Source: Lepidodermella squamata (Eukaryota > Animalia > Gastrotricha). From it: DNA of 64,000 nucleotides. The DNA lies in NCBI GenBank assembly GCA_047495785.1, contig JBLDXI010000012.1, forward strand, positions 558,001 through 622,000, in the 5' to 3' direction. The notes under the pieces were generated by a model. It was not told where the DNA came from. It ran no database searches and saw only the letters and a list, made by a program, of their open reading frames with translations. This document shows, piece after piece, positions 1 to 14,000 of the stretch. The translations under genes and the position numbers were made by a program. The number at the start of each line of letters is the position of its first letter. Position 1 is the first letter of the stretch.

Positions 1-836
1 ACACACAAGGCTACCCTAACACCATCTTCCCATACAGGTTTAGTGGCCCATAAAACCGAACCGAGCCCTGATCCGATGTCAAGCAAGTACTCTGGTTTGA
101 AACTTTGGTCCACCGCTCGAATTTCTTCGAATATTTTGACCAAAACCGCATATTCAGCTGGCAATCTCTCAAACATATACAAATAGCAATTGTAAGCGTC
201 GAATTCCATAGGCTTCCAATGATAGACAGTTTTTCTCAGCTTCGAATAAAGTCTGTTTTTGATATTTTCCTCGTAGATTTCTTCCTCTTCAGGTGTCGGG
301 TTTTGGCTACCAATATCAATCTTTGAGCGCAGTTTTTCTTCGATTTTCATTGCTCTCTCCCGTAATTCAGTGTTGTCAGTGGGGGGCAGTCGAGATTTTA
401 GATTATGAACAAACTCCGCACTAGCGCGCTTTATATCTTCCAACTTGTATTCTAAATGACAGGCTATAGTTTTGTTGCTATGGTTGCGCGAACTTACTCC
501 CTATTAGCGAAAACACAGCCGTTTGAACAGTTTCGGGAACGTTTACGACTTTGTGATTCCTCAGACCAGGGTGACGCTTGGCTTTCAGTTCCGCGGCAGC
601 CAGGCGAGATTCCAAAGCAGCATCCAGCTTCAAAGTAACATCTCTTTCTTGCGGTTGAGGAACGTGTACTTCTTGCTGTTATTTACAAATCAACTCGAAA
701 TTTCACAATTCCAAGTGCTAACTAAACTCACTGGAATTTCTTCCTCCTCTGGAGCAACGCTTTCAGGGTTAACCCTCCTTGCATTTGGCGCGCCCCTCAA
801 GGAACGGCTGAAAAACGCAACCAATTTCCGCGACAT
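1..836 (-). CDS. METTL17: Mitochondrial small-subunit assembly factor / methyltransferase-like 17 (Rsm22 family), 5' part; runs off the window start
   Basis: Hand-spliced exons 836-732, 675-498, 451-<1 (GT-AG introns of 56 and 46 nt) give MSRKLVAFFSRSLRG...RHPGLRNHKVVNVPE...LRKTVYHWKPMEF...YMFERLPAEYAVLVKIFEEIRAVDQSFKPEYLLDIGSGLGSVLWA. This matches recalled METTL17 motifs (LRKTTYHW, F(Q/K)P..L(M/L)DFGSG.GSV.WA). Arg-rich mitochondrial-type presequence. Confidence 0.9.
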
Positions 837-978
837 TTTTAATAATAATCTTTAATAATCAGTGGTTTCTACACATAACATAGAGTGTACATGCAAATTA
901 TCACATTCGGGTAAATCACGCAGTGACTTTCAAAGCATTTGCATATTTATTCGCGAGAAATGTTGAGCAAGTTTTTGA

Positions 979-1374
979 CTAGTCGTCCGCATCTTCCTCC
1001 AAGTTGATTTTCGAACCAAACTTAGCATAGAGACGAGCCTTAAGCTCAGTTAGCGACGCCGTGTAATCTTTCAGCGTTAGTTCCAATTCAGCAATTCGTT
1101 TATTCGTGACAGCTTTGTCAACTTCAAGGCGCTTTTGTACTTGCACAGGTGATAATTCGAAGAAAACTTCCCCGAGTTGATATGGAACCTTGCTATCCTC
1201 ATCAAGCAGTGCGATTTCATCGACAGATTCGTAAGCATCCTCCAAAGCTTTCAAGTAGGACTTCTTAGCATCGAGTTCACCCTTTGCCTCCTTGAAATTT
1301 GCATTTGTTGTGGCAAATTTATTGATACACTGCTGATCTTCGAAGGTGACTGCAGCATCGCCTGTTTGAGCCAT
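979..1374 (-). CDS. PFDN4: Prefoldin subunit 4
   Basis: Single-exon 131 aa ORF with VTFEDQQ.INKF, VPYQLGEVF and LKARLYAKFG.KINLE motifs. Confidence 0.95.
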   Translation of the reverse strand: MAQTGDAAVTFEDQQCINKFATTNANFKEAKGELDAKKSYLKALEDAYESVDEIALLDEDSKVPYQLGEVFFELSPVQVQKRLEVDKAVTNKRIAELELTLKDYTASLTELKARLYAKFGSKINLEEDADD

Positions 1375-3476
1375 AGTCGGTATAATTTAACGAAAATCTA
1401 AAAATCATAGGCAGAACTAATCAGAAAACGCACGATAATCGTGTCAAATCCTACGAGTCGTACACAATAGCTTCCAGAAATGGCACAGGTAAACTCAAAT
1501 ATAACACGAAGCATTTCGAGCACTGTCGATCGTCGCGTGTCACTTCGATAATAGTTAAGCGGTAGAGCAAATTGAATTATGCGAATAGAATTTATCCTTT
1601 CGCTTGACACACAGCTGAATTCTACCAGCATGCTCTAGAGCAAGGATTAAATAATTGGGAAGCAATAGATAGAACGATAGCGTCAAAATAATGCAGGTTT
1701 AAGGTTTCCCAAAATCCTTATATCAATTATAAAAGTAAGAAATTAACGACGACCACATAATGGAGTGTGGATAAACGAATACATCTGGCCTCCGGGTATT
1801 ATTCTTCTCTTTCTTGATCATTATTTTTACCTTCACGCTTGCACATTCATCACTGACAAACAAGCTAAAATAAAGTGCTCATGCTGAGGCGTCCGAGATT
1901 AAAGGGTTTATTTCTGTTCTGGGATTGAATTCTGCAGAAGATAGTGAAAGAAAAAATTGAAGAAAATGCTAAAAATGCAGAAACTCTTTATGAAGTCGAG
2001 CAATTTGATCACGAAAACACCTTTATACATCCGTGTGATGCCCCGACTTCCTGGCTAAGATCGGTAAGATTAAAACAAAACTGCCAGTTATTTGGCATTT
2101 ACTAAATAACTAATAACTCTTCAAAATTCCCGAGTCAAAGTTGCGAAGATTATTTAGCAGGTTTGTAGTATTCAGAATGGACTCGTCGTAAAATCATTAA
2201 AACAAGAGAAGCGCAATTGTAACCATCTGGGAGCTGGGAGGACAAAAAGCTCCCAATGCTGGTAACTCTATGCCAATGGCTCAAAATCTTAGTCTTTTCA
2301 ATAAACTGCACCTGCACAAGGTAAGCAAAAAGGGCATGACATCAACCTCCAAAAATAGAAAGGTCGCCTGTCGCCTGCGCTGTTGTTGGAAAATCGGCTG
2401 ACAAGATGAACAGCAGATGTTGTGAGATGCGTTGCGCGGCAATCGTCTCCATAAAATTTAGACCTATAATAAATAGAAAATTTACTATTTGATCTTATTT
2501 GCTAGCAAGATTGAATTTAGTATATCGCGCAATGGTATTTAAAAATTATATTTTTTCTATATTGCAGGGTAACAATCCGCATCGAATGAAAATCACAGGG
2601 ACTCCGTTCTCTTCAATAAAGATGTTCGGGTATGAAGTTCACCTTTTTTCCTACCACTCAAAAATGCTCTCAATGCAAATGCACTAATGCTTTGCCGTTT
2701 GCATCGTAGGTTCCCCAGAACCAGAACTGAAAGGCAATCAAAAAGTAAGAAGGGATAGGAGATGGGAGATATGTTTGGGCATGTTGTCCTTTGCCCTTTG
2801 TTCCGAGTGCTAAGCGCTGAATGTTCTTGACTCTTTTTCCGACTGTGAATCCACCGGAGCAGCCTTCAAGCTAAATAAGTTACGCAATGAAAGCTCTTGT
2901 AGCTTGCAGGAGTACTTGAATCGCCTCCTCCATCCTCCAATTTCGTTGGTAGAAGTGCCCTCTCAGATGACTCAACACCCCACCCCCAACTAAACCTAAC
3001 CCTAACCATATCGGAAAGTCCTCATCGGAAGTTATTATGTCTACCGATGTCCCGTTTTGGGCGATTTGATGAAAACGGGGTTTCTGTACATTGCTACTGC
3101 ATTCTGACATCAGAATCGTTATCTACGTGGTCGATTTACCCTAACCAGGCCATTTTCAGGTCAAAATCGTGAGTTATGCATATTGGGGGAGGAAAATTTG
3201 GAGCTATGCATCAAAGGGGCACGGCCTCAATGGTGCATAATCGTGGCACACTTCGGCTGATCAACAATGGCTCATCGGCCACATGTTGCATAATCGTGAG
3301 CTTTTGTGGGGTGACTAAGGGGACCCTAAGACACATCCCAGCGCAAACCGCTTCGAAAAAGACCCAACGGCTGATGAGAAACAAATTTTTAAAATTTTGA
3401 CCCCTCATTTATGCATCATTAGAAGACTGGTTAAAAAAATTGTATTTTTTTCAAAAAATGTTATTCTCTACAGAAA

Positions 3477-3926
3477 TATATGTCGTATCGTATAAGGCAA
3501 TCCCTCCAATGGCCGATAGAGATATCTCAATGAGCAATCCGAATTGTTCCCAACGTCATTTTCAGTTATTTTAATCATTTTTTTAAATTTGGAAACCAAG
3601 CAAGATTACAGAATAGCCCTTCGCCTATCTAGCAGAGCCCACTTTCCCTAATAACTTGTTCCGCATCTGTGTGTTTCATGAGTTTCTAAAAAGCTAGCGC
3701 ATTTTCACTGTAACTGTCTTCTGGCCTTCTGGGTCCATTTAAACTCTCTATTAATCAATTAGAAGTCTAATCGATAGGGCTATTCGGGCTCTTTAATATG
3801 TGATGGATTATAATTCAATAACCTGAAGGCGGATGAAAACATCAGTCAAAAAGTAAATTTCCGATTGCTCATTGAGATATCTTTATCGGCCATTGGAGGG
3901 ATTGCCTTATACGATACGACATATAT
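3477..3926. mobile_element. MITE (non-autonomous DNA transposon, probably Tc1/mariner-type with TA target)
   Basis: Near-perfect ~65 bp terminal inverted repeats (tatatgtcgtatcgtataaggcaatccctccaatggccgata... at 3477-3543 and its reverse complement at ~3860-3926), TA-rich junctions, non-coding interior. Confidence 0.85.
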
Positions 3927-4234
3927 ATTCAATTTATTGGAAAGGTCGCGTGAAATTAGCACAAATGCAGTTTAAGCCGAAAAGTGCCAATTTTACCGTT
4001 ACAACCTCCCTTGTGCAAATTTAGGGTTGCCTATTAATTTAATCAACATAGAGGGAACATGAAGAGAATCGTTTCTACTTAATTTTAGACAAAAGGGCTT
4101 CGAAAAATCAGCTTTCTGCTAGCGTCCACCATCTAGTATATTTGTTATCCGATGGCCTGCGAATGTTGAAGTAGCTAGAATATATTCAATGAATTACACA
4201 CTTATTTCTAGACGCTTAACCCTTCGTTTCTTAA

Positions 4235-4552
4235 ATGGCAATCAAAGTTATTCTCGAAGTGATGGTCGGCATCCTGGCTTTTAGCTGGAGAGTACAAGGT
4301 CACGGCGGTGAACACGAAGGACATTCCATGAACATGGCCTCCATGAACGCTAGCGATGTCATGGTCGATAAGCCTCCCATGAAAATGAGTTTCTGGCCAG
4401 ATGTTTTCGCCTTCCTCGGAACTCTCATGGTTACCGCAGCAATTGCTGTACCATGTGCCATTTTCGCTAGCCGTTGCCAACGTGTTGTCGGCGTCGCAGG
4501 GGTGGCTGGCGGTCCTGAATATCACCGACTCAAAACTACTTCAGTCAAGTGA
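4235..4552 (+). CDS. Uncharacterised 105-aa type I membrane microprotein with His/Met-rich ectodomain (putative Cu-binding)
   Basis: Intronless ORF: signal-peptide-like N-terminus (to VQG), HGGEHEGHSMNMASMNAS...MKMSF, one hydrophobic helix (VFAFLGTLMVTAAIAVPCAIFA), tail with YHRL. Acceptor ttctAG (4210-4211) before the ATG, AATAAA at ~4752. Confidence 0.7.
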   Translation: MAIKVILEVMVGILAFSWRVQGHGGEHEGHSMNMASMNASDVMVDKPPMKMSFWPDVFAFLGTLMVTAAIAVPCAIFASRCQRVVGVAGVAGGPEYHRLKTTSVK

Positions 4553-4808
4553 TATGGACGGCAAATGTAAACATGTCATCATTTGTTCAAGTTTATTGTT
4601 TTATATCGACTATTCGCCACCTATGGAATTTTAAATTTTCAAAAGCTGTGAGCTGCACTAATGGGGTTTTGTTATAGTCACGAGTGCTTAATGTAAATTT
4701 TTATGATCACTTATTGTAACTCAAAGAAGCAAAGAAAACGTGATTATTTTTAATAAATATGCAAAATGGATTTCAGGAAACATGTAGAGTCTCATTATCA
4801 ATTTAAAT

Positions 4809-6277
4809 ATGCCAGCAAAATCAACCTGTTGCGCTTCTATAAATTTGGCTCTGGTGAAATACTGTAAGCTAAATTATTGCATTGTCATCGATATAAATAA
4901 AATGGTTTCCATGGACTTCCAAGGGGGCAAAGCTGACGATGTAAACATGCTGCCGCTAAATGACTCGCTGAGTATTACGCTGCAAAACCCGGAGGTAAGA
5001 TGTTGCTGGCTTTGAGTCTTCAAAATAATACTGAGCGTTTTTCTAAAGGTTATTACTACGTGTGAAATTGAGTTAACTGCCATTTCATCTGGGCATAAAT
5101 TTGTCGTCAACGGAATAGAAAATAATAATGATAAACGAATTCTGAAAATGATTCAAAAAGGTAAGCCACCGTTTTTAGTTTTTAGCTATCAACTATTAAC
5201 CCGGCGACTTCACTGCTCACACCTCAGCGAAAGAACTGTCAAAGGGCGAATCAGTATTCCAGTCACACTGTGTATCAGTTGATTCGTCGAATTCTTTTCC
5301 GACCGGAGCAGGAATGGCTTCAAGTGCGTCTGGATGTGCTGCTGTTGGTACTTGCCTCGTTTGTTTCCAAGTATTAAATTCGAATTATTTTGTTGTTTAG
5401 CGTTATGCCTGGCGAAACTAGCAAAGCTTTCCATTAGCGATGCTGGAATAATAGCCCGGTATTTTATTTTGCAGTGGAAAACGATCAGTGGAGAATATTG
5501 ATAAATAACATTTCAGGATTGGCTCTGGAAGTGCATGCCGAAGTGTTTACGGCGGATTTGTACACTGGTCAGCTGAAACTGGCTTACCGCAGCAGATTTT
5601 TCCGAACAATCATTGGCCAGAACTGAAAGTCATTATGCTTATAGTGAGTGCCGTTTCCAATTATTTGATGGCTATTAAAAATCGCCCAAAATTTAGCATT
5701 CCGAGTCGCCAAAAAATACAAGCAGTCGAGATGGTATGGCTGTGAGTGTCGCAACTTCAAAATTAATGGCTAGCCGCTTGGAATGTGTGAAAGAACGCAT
5801 CGAAGAGATGAAATCGGCCATCGCACGAAAAGATTTCCCAACCGTTGCAAAAATTACTATGCAAGAAAGCAACCAACTCCATGCGATATGCCTAGATACC
5901 TGGCCGCCTCTTGTTTATCTCAACAATACATCATTCGAAATTATTCGCTTTGTTCATTTCTTGAACGATTTAGCGGGGAAAACAATGGTAGGTGTAATTA
6001 ATAAAATGTATTCGTATACAATTTTTTGTTGTATTTCAAGGCTGCGTATACTTTTGACGCTGGTCCGAATGGCTTCATCCTCACCTTGGAACAAGATATT
6101 CCCGTGATGATGAGCTGTTTGAAGGCATGTTTTTTATCTCCAGCAGAGAACATCAAAGAACGGTATGAAGAGCCTACTTTCATTCAAAATTTATCTGCTC
6201 AATTTCCGGAAAAGTCGAAAATTACCCGGGTTGTTGTTGCTGATGTGGCTTCGGATCCATTGGTGTCTATTAATTGA
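4809..6277 (+). CDS. MVD: Diphosphomevalonate decarboxylase
   Basis: Multi-exon: NLALVKY|WGK..., [15 protein letters not shown] (GHMP ATP loop), [47 protein letters not shown]. Confidence 0.95.
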
Positions 6278-6317
6278 TGATTAAAAATGGTTGATGTAGG
6301 CGTTTTATTGAGTTGAA

Positions 6318-7855
<1,538 letters not shown>

Positions 7856-8132
7856 TTCATGTTGTACATTTTATTCGGGAGGATTTTCAAAACATTTTGG
7901 CAATCTGTTGTTCGAATTTTTCTGAATTTATTACCGCGCAGATCTATAAATCGTTCCACGCTACTTCTCACGGTTCTAGCTATGTTTTACGACTAATTTT
8001 ATCCGCTTCAACTTTTTCAATAAACCGGCGTGTTTGTTGACTTCGGTATTTTGTATGGGTAATTGTATAATATTCTATTCGAGTATTTGCCAACGAAAGC
8101 TATCAATTCACACAGATTAGGCATAAAGTTAG

Positions 8133-8663
8133 TCAAGATCGATCCATAATGAAGCCTCGCTCGTCCATCTCATTCATCAATCTAGAACAAAAACTGTAAT
8201 ACGAAGCCATCTTATTATCACAAAATTTACCGCATCAAGAAGCAACTAAACGGAAAATAGAAGTTCGAATGAAAACAGGTTACATAGCGGAAATCAAAAC
8301 ATACCGGTAACAGCAGAGGTATTCGCAACCTTCTGTGCACATGTTCTTCTGTATACCAACGATTGTTCGAAATCTAGTGGCCATAGGTAGCTCTCCAAAC
8401 CAGTATGGAAAGCAGCAGTTTTCTCCAAGTCGGGTTGATATTCGACACGAGAGAATGACAGGTACGCAGAGGGCGCAACAAGTGTTAGCTGTATTGTGAC
8501 CAAAGCTAAAAAGACCAACCTGGTACGAATCGTACGATTCTCCGTACCTGCCCATGCTCGTACCCGGTTGTTGACCAATGATTGTGCTAGGTGCGGGTGA
8601 AGCCGCGTTCCGCATTGGTCCAACCGCTGTTGGAGGTCGGTGATGTCGATGGTTTCGGCCCAT
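8133..8663 (-). CDS. PLAC8/cornifelin-family Cys-rich protein
   Basis: YQVGLFS...CCALCVPVILSCRISTRLGENCC...RFRTIVGIQKNMCTEGCEYLCCY, spliced to a short last exon 8193-8133 (FCSRLMNEMDERGFIMDRS*). Confidence 0.8.
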
Positions 8664-8920
8664 TTTACAGATCTAGGTATTTTATCGAATCGCAGCGAAA
8701 AATCTCAGCGCCGTTTGAACTAGAGTAGTTTTTATTCGACTGCGTTTCGTGATATCAATCGATATTAGAACGTATTGCTTCGACTGATTAAAATTCAATT
8801 ATCCGTATCAAGCATGATCAATTCTTACGGATTACGGAATACGAATTCTTACACCAAATATAAATAATTACTCAACATGAGTTCATTTTGCGTTTTCAAA
8901 TACCGTCAACTGGGGTGACT

Positions 8921-8965
8921 TTGGTGGCGGGGGTCACTTTGGCGTACAAAAATGGGGCGACTTTA
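8921..8965. mobile_element. Terminal fragment of a pogo/Tc1-like DNA transposon
   Basis: TA-CCGTCAACTGGGGTGACTTTGG with internal repeats of ggggt(g/c)actttgg; resembles the end at 29421 (taccgtcatttggggtaaaatgg). No matching opposite end found. Confidence 0.4.
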
Positions 8966-11024
8966 TTATCATAACGTGACCTATAAAAAATGTAAATATA
9001 ATGAATTTATTCAATATTCATTCACATTATTTTATTATTTTATCAGCTAATAATTTTGAACGTTCATTTGACCCTAATTTCCTAGCTGAATGTGAGCCTG
9101 ACTGTGTGTGGATAAAATTAAATTGGTAGACAGCAATTCTTTCACCGGATTCCAGTCACCTAATTATAATTTATTTCCCTACACATTTGTCGCATGATAA
9201 ATCTGGATTCATGAGGAGAGAGCTATGGTTGTAGGTATGGTTGTAGGTATTGCCAGCTTTCGATTGACATCCATATACTGCTCATCGTATGGTATGCGTC
9301 GTTTTTTCCCCCCTCTCTGCTGGTTGACAACTACAGCTGCCGCCGAGACCCGAGACATTTAGTCGTATCTCCAACAGTCTCTCCAATTTTCGGCCATCAG
9401 CTCGCTACAGCATTGTACATCCGCTTCCATATTAACATCATTTCAGAATAAAACCATGTGTTGTGAAAGCCTGGCCATTAGTGATTAGGCACGCTCTCGA
9501 GGAAAATCGCCAATAAACAACGCCATTAAAAGTTAAGCCTCTGTTTTGCAAAAACTTAATCTCATCGCAAAATGCAGGACTTCAATGAAAATATAAAGAG
9601 GTTAATGCCCTATTTTGACATTATTTTAGCGGTTTATTCAACGACAGTATGTATCTAGAGAATCAAGAGACAGTATGCAAAAAGGTAATATTTAGAGTTG
9701 CAATTTTGCGAAATGTTCCGCCACCGTCAACATCATATTCCACCACCACGTCACAGGAAAGGTGTCGCTCATTATATAAATACACGACAAGTGGTTTTGA
9801 CGAGAACGGCACGAAATTGCCCCGCATGCGCTCATACTTTGCGCACAAAGACAATATTACCTATAGCAATACAATTAAAGAGCGCTTGTTAGATTAAAAT
9901 TTCTAATTTTCCGCCTGTTATCTATCAACCGCACGAACCACATTTTGATGCGCGTCGCGCCTGCGCTAGCACTGTCCCTGCGTCTCTAGGCCGAAAGTTG
10001 ACCCTGGGATGTTTACGCGACGCGTTATAGCTCACTCGTGATTTTTCAAAAGCTTTCTGTCTGCATTTTCAATAACATCGTCGAAGCCAGGCGTTTATAA
10101 AGGCAAGCCGGGTCGCGGCCGGGTTTTAATTTGTCAACTTTTTTCTCGGCGGCGACATTGTGGCGCGCCTGATTGCTTTCGATGAATCATTCTTTGCGCG
10201 AAAAGGTAGCGCTAATTACAAGTAGTTTTGCCGCGCGTCGGCGTCACTTGCGATAACATATATTGTCTGGCATGGCAGAAGCCGCTGAACAATACGTGCC
10301 ATCTCGTCTAGCGAAAAAAGTTCGTCGGCGCAACAATGGCAAAAATAATTCCGTCAATTCGCGCGCGCGCAAAAACAATAGTTGAATTTGCAATAATGGC
10401 GTCATTCGGTACTGCCTTCCTGGCGGTTTTATTTAGTTTAACATTGTTGGCGGTTCTTCTGCTGTCAACAACATTCTAAAATTTGGTGCTAGCTGCAGAC
10501 GCCACTGCTTAAACAGCGCCTTACGTGTGGCCAGTAGTCGCTGGCTGTTAATTGACGTTGGTGGCGCTTAAGACAGCGCGCAAATCTGTTTCTTTATTTC
10601 GTTGTCACACGCGTCACTACCTTTTTAACGCCAGTGTCTGCATTCGATGGTCTATTAGACGCGTCTTAGCCGGTATCTATCGCGATGGCAGACAATGCGC
10701 GCGCACAAGCTTTTTCGCATATTTGTTCGCTTTTGTTTTCAGATTGAAACCGTTTTGTGAATTAAGCTATTTAAATTTATATTATTTCAGCGCAACAACA
10801 AAACGAGTTCCATTTTATCTCCAATTATAACAACATTATAACGCAAAAAAGTTTTATTACCTGCGGCGCCAGTTAACTTTAAAATCTTAATGTTTCTCGC
10901 GTTAAGCACAACAGAGAGACGACGTTTTACAAGAATCGATTTTACAACCACTTGTGTTTTCTCGACCACTTGTAGGCATAGCAGATTTTTTCCGACTGAA
11001 GTTACACTCTGACGACGGTCAACT

Positions 11025-14000
11025 ATGCATCGTTGGCTGTCAACTGTGCTCATAGCGAGCACCTTAGGATCCAGCAGCCTCGTATCGGGTAAATCTCGTT
11101 AACCTTATTGAAATTCGAATATGTTTAACTATAACCGTGTTTTCAAACAGCCGTCGTTAAGGAGTCTTGCAACGGCCAAGTTAAGGTGTTTACAGCCGCG
11201 TCCGGATACTTCAACACACCTAATTATGGTTTCGGCAACTATGCGCCAAATGATAGATGCTTCTGGCAAATTCTCATCAATCCCGGCCAGAGGATCAAGT
11301 TTGTTCATTTTTACATTTGAAATTCAAATTTTCTTATCAAACATTATTCAGGCTCGAATTCAAAGCTTTTGGAACTCCGTCGTTTGCCGACTGCTCAATG
11401 GGTGACCGAGTCGCTATTTACGATTCGGACCAAGAAAACCCGGAGAGCCTCCTGGGAACTTTCTGCGGAACTTCCATTCCAGGGCCGTTGATCTCACGGA
11501 GTAACAAACTGTTCGTGAAGTTCGTTTCTGACCGCGAGAGCGAAGGTCTTGGCTTCTATTGTCTCTACAGCGCTATCAGCGGTAACTTGAATGCGTCAGA
11601 GCTAAATTTGACTTGATTTCGCTTTCTGTTAACTAGACCGGCCTCAAACCATTCCACCGGCAAATGCGGGTTTTAGGGCAGGCGTGACGCCTTCTGGCGC
11701 CCACGACGTCGCCCCGCCGATGGAGCGAGTTGGTCCGAAGTGTAACGGGAAAGTGTCTGTCCTTACAGCGCCGTCTGGCATCATTCAATCGCCCAACTAC
11801 GGCATCGGCTCTTACTTCCCGGACGATACCTGCTATTGGCAGATCATCGCCATTCCGGGCAAGATCATTCGCCTGCAGTTGATTGTGATGTCGTTGGAAG
11901 AGGGCACTGGCTGCCATAACGATTACACCACAATCTACGACGGAGCGACTGAATCTGCGCCACTGCTTCAGGCCTATTGCGGTCGCAAAAGTGTCCCATC
12001 GGAATTGCTCACAACTGGCAGTGCCATGTTCATCAAGTTCCGAAGTGACCCCAAGAGCCAAAGGGATGGTTTCCGCTTCTTGTACAGCCTTGTCGGTAAG
12101 TAACAGCTAGGTAACAACGAGGACCTTGGAATTCAAATTAAATTGTCAAAATACGGGGGAATGGGGGGAACTTTTGAAACTTTTTGACCTAGTTTTCCGA
12201 AAGGCACTTCGAGTTATTTTATAGATGACTGATTTTCTTTTGTTTTAAGACCGGCCATCTTCGCCCACCCCTCCTCCAAAGCCTCCAACAACCCCAGTTC
12301 CCAAGGATAAGTGCGCAGGTCGCCACCAAATTTTCACCACCAAGTCTGGCTTCATAATTTCGCCCAATTTCGGCTACGGTGAGTACTACGCCAACGATGT
12401 CTGCTTCTGGCAGGTGCTCTCGCCCGATGGCAACAAAGTCAAGTGAGTTACTTGCAATGCTTTATTCATTCTTACTCATGACTTCACCTGTTTTCAGACT
12501 GAGCTTCCAAACTTTTGAAGTTGAGGATGGATTTGCTTGCCCGAAGGACGAACTCGTGATCTACGACGGTCCTTCGGAAATGTCTCCTCTGATCGGCTCT
12601 TTCTGCGGTTCGAACAAGCCCGCGACCATCATCTCCAGCAGCAACGGCCTGTACTTGAAATTCTCCACGGACGCCCATGCGCAATACATCGGCTTCAAGA
12701 TCTTCTACGAATTTGTTGAACCGCCGAAGAAGGAACGCTGCAATGGTGAAATGAACACGTTGACCGAAACATCCGGCTTCATCTTCTCGCCGAATTACGG
12801 CAAGGGCGACTACCCCGAGGACGATATTTGCCACTGGCAGATCATTGGGCAGGAGAACACGCGTGTTCGTCTCAAGGTCGAAAGTCTCGTCATGGAGCAA
12901 AGCCCGGATTGCACAAAGGACTATCTCTCAGTTTGGGATGGACCTGGTGAAAACGCTAACAAGATGAAAGTTTTCTGCGGATCTGTTGCTCAGGAGGTTC
13001 TGCTTAGCACCGGATCTTACATGTATCTGAAGTTTAAGGCGAACGGTGACGGTAACTATCCAGGTTTCAAGTTGTACTACGAGGTAGTCGAAGCCCCGCC
13101 CAAGGACAAATGCAACGGAAAAACTGAGGTATTGCACGACCTGCAAGGCTACTTCCAGTCACCCAATCTTGGCAACGGCCTCTACTACAACAACGACCTC
13201 TGTTTCTGGGACGTTCGCGCCCCACCAGGCCAGCATATTCGCATGATTTTCGAAAAGTTCGACCTCGAGGACGCTGACAACTGCCCGCTGCACGATCATC
13301 TCGCAATCTACGACGGCCAGAGCGAAGATTCGGCGCAGGTCGCTGATCTTTGCGGTCATGATTTGCCGAAAACAATCGAATCAAGCGACAACGCCATGTT
13401 CGTCAAGTTCCAAACCGACGCTGCGAGACGTGCGGCTGGTTTCCGCATCTTCTACGAATTCTTCCAACCGGCTAAGACTGAACCCATCCTGCCACCCCCG
13501 CCAGAGCCTTGCAACGGAAAAGAGTTCCTCCTAACCGGCACTTTTGGCTCATTCAACTCGCCAAACTTTGGCAGCGGTGAATACTTCCCAGATGATAACT
13601 GCTATTGGCTGGTATCCAGTGATTACTTCAACCGGATCAAGCTGACATTTGACTCTTTTGACGTCGAAGCTGACCCTCAATGCTTGCGCGATCGCGTTAT
13701 TGTCTATGACGGCCCGACCGAACAAGCCCCTGTCCTGGGAACTTTCTGCGGCTATTCGCTCCCGAATCCGATCGAATCGACAGCGGCTCAACTGCTGGTC
13801 AAGTTTGAGTCTGACTCGTCCGCTCAACGAACTGGCTTCAAGGCAAGTTACGACACAGAACCAGTAGCGCCAACTTCGGCCTTAGCGGATCCAAGGTTCA
13901 TGTTCTACCGAGGCGCTCCATGGGCGCCGCCCCCAGTTCAGCCTCCTGTTGTCGCCAGCATGCCCGGCCTCAAGCCAGTACCTGTTGACACGTCTGTCCC

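Noticed and set aside
474-487. X-box-like GTTGCTATGGTTGC in a METTL17 intron
   Set aside because: One half-site deviates and no ciliary gene start is visible nearby.
1750-2900. Coding-looking fragments (KIVKEKIEENAKNAETLYE...)
   Set aside because: No consistent exon chain or recognisable motif could be built.
2988-3420. ccctaa/cctaac telomere-like units and tgcataatcgtg repeats
   Set aside because: Only 2-3 degenerate units; more likely a transposon relic than an interstitial telomere, and boundaries cannot be defined.
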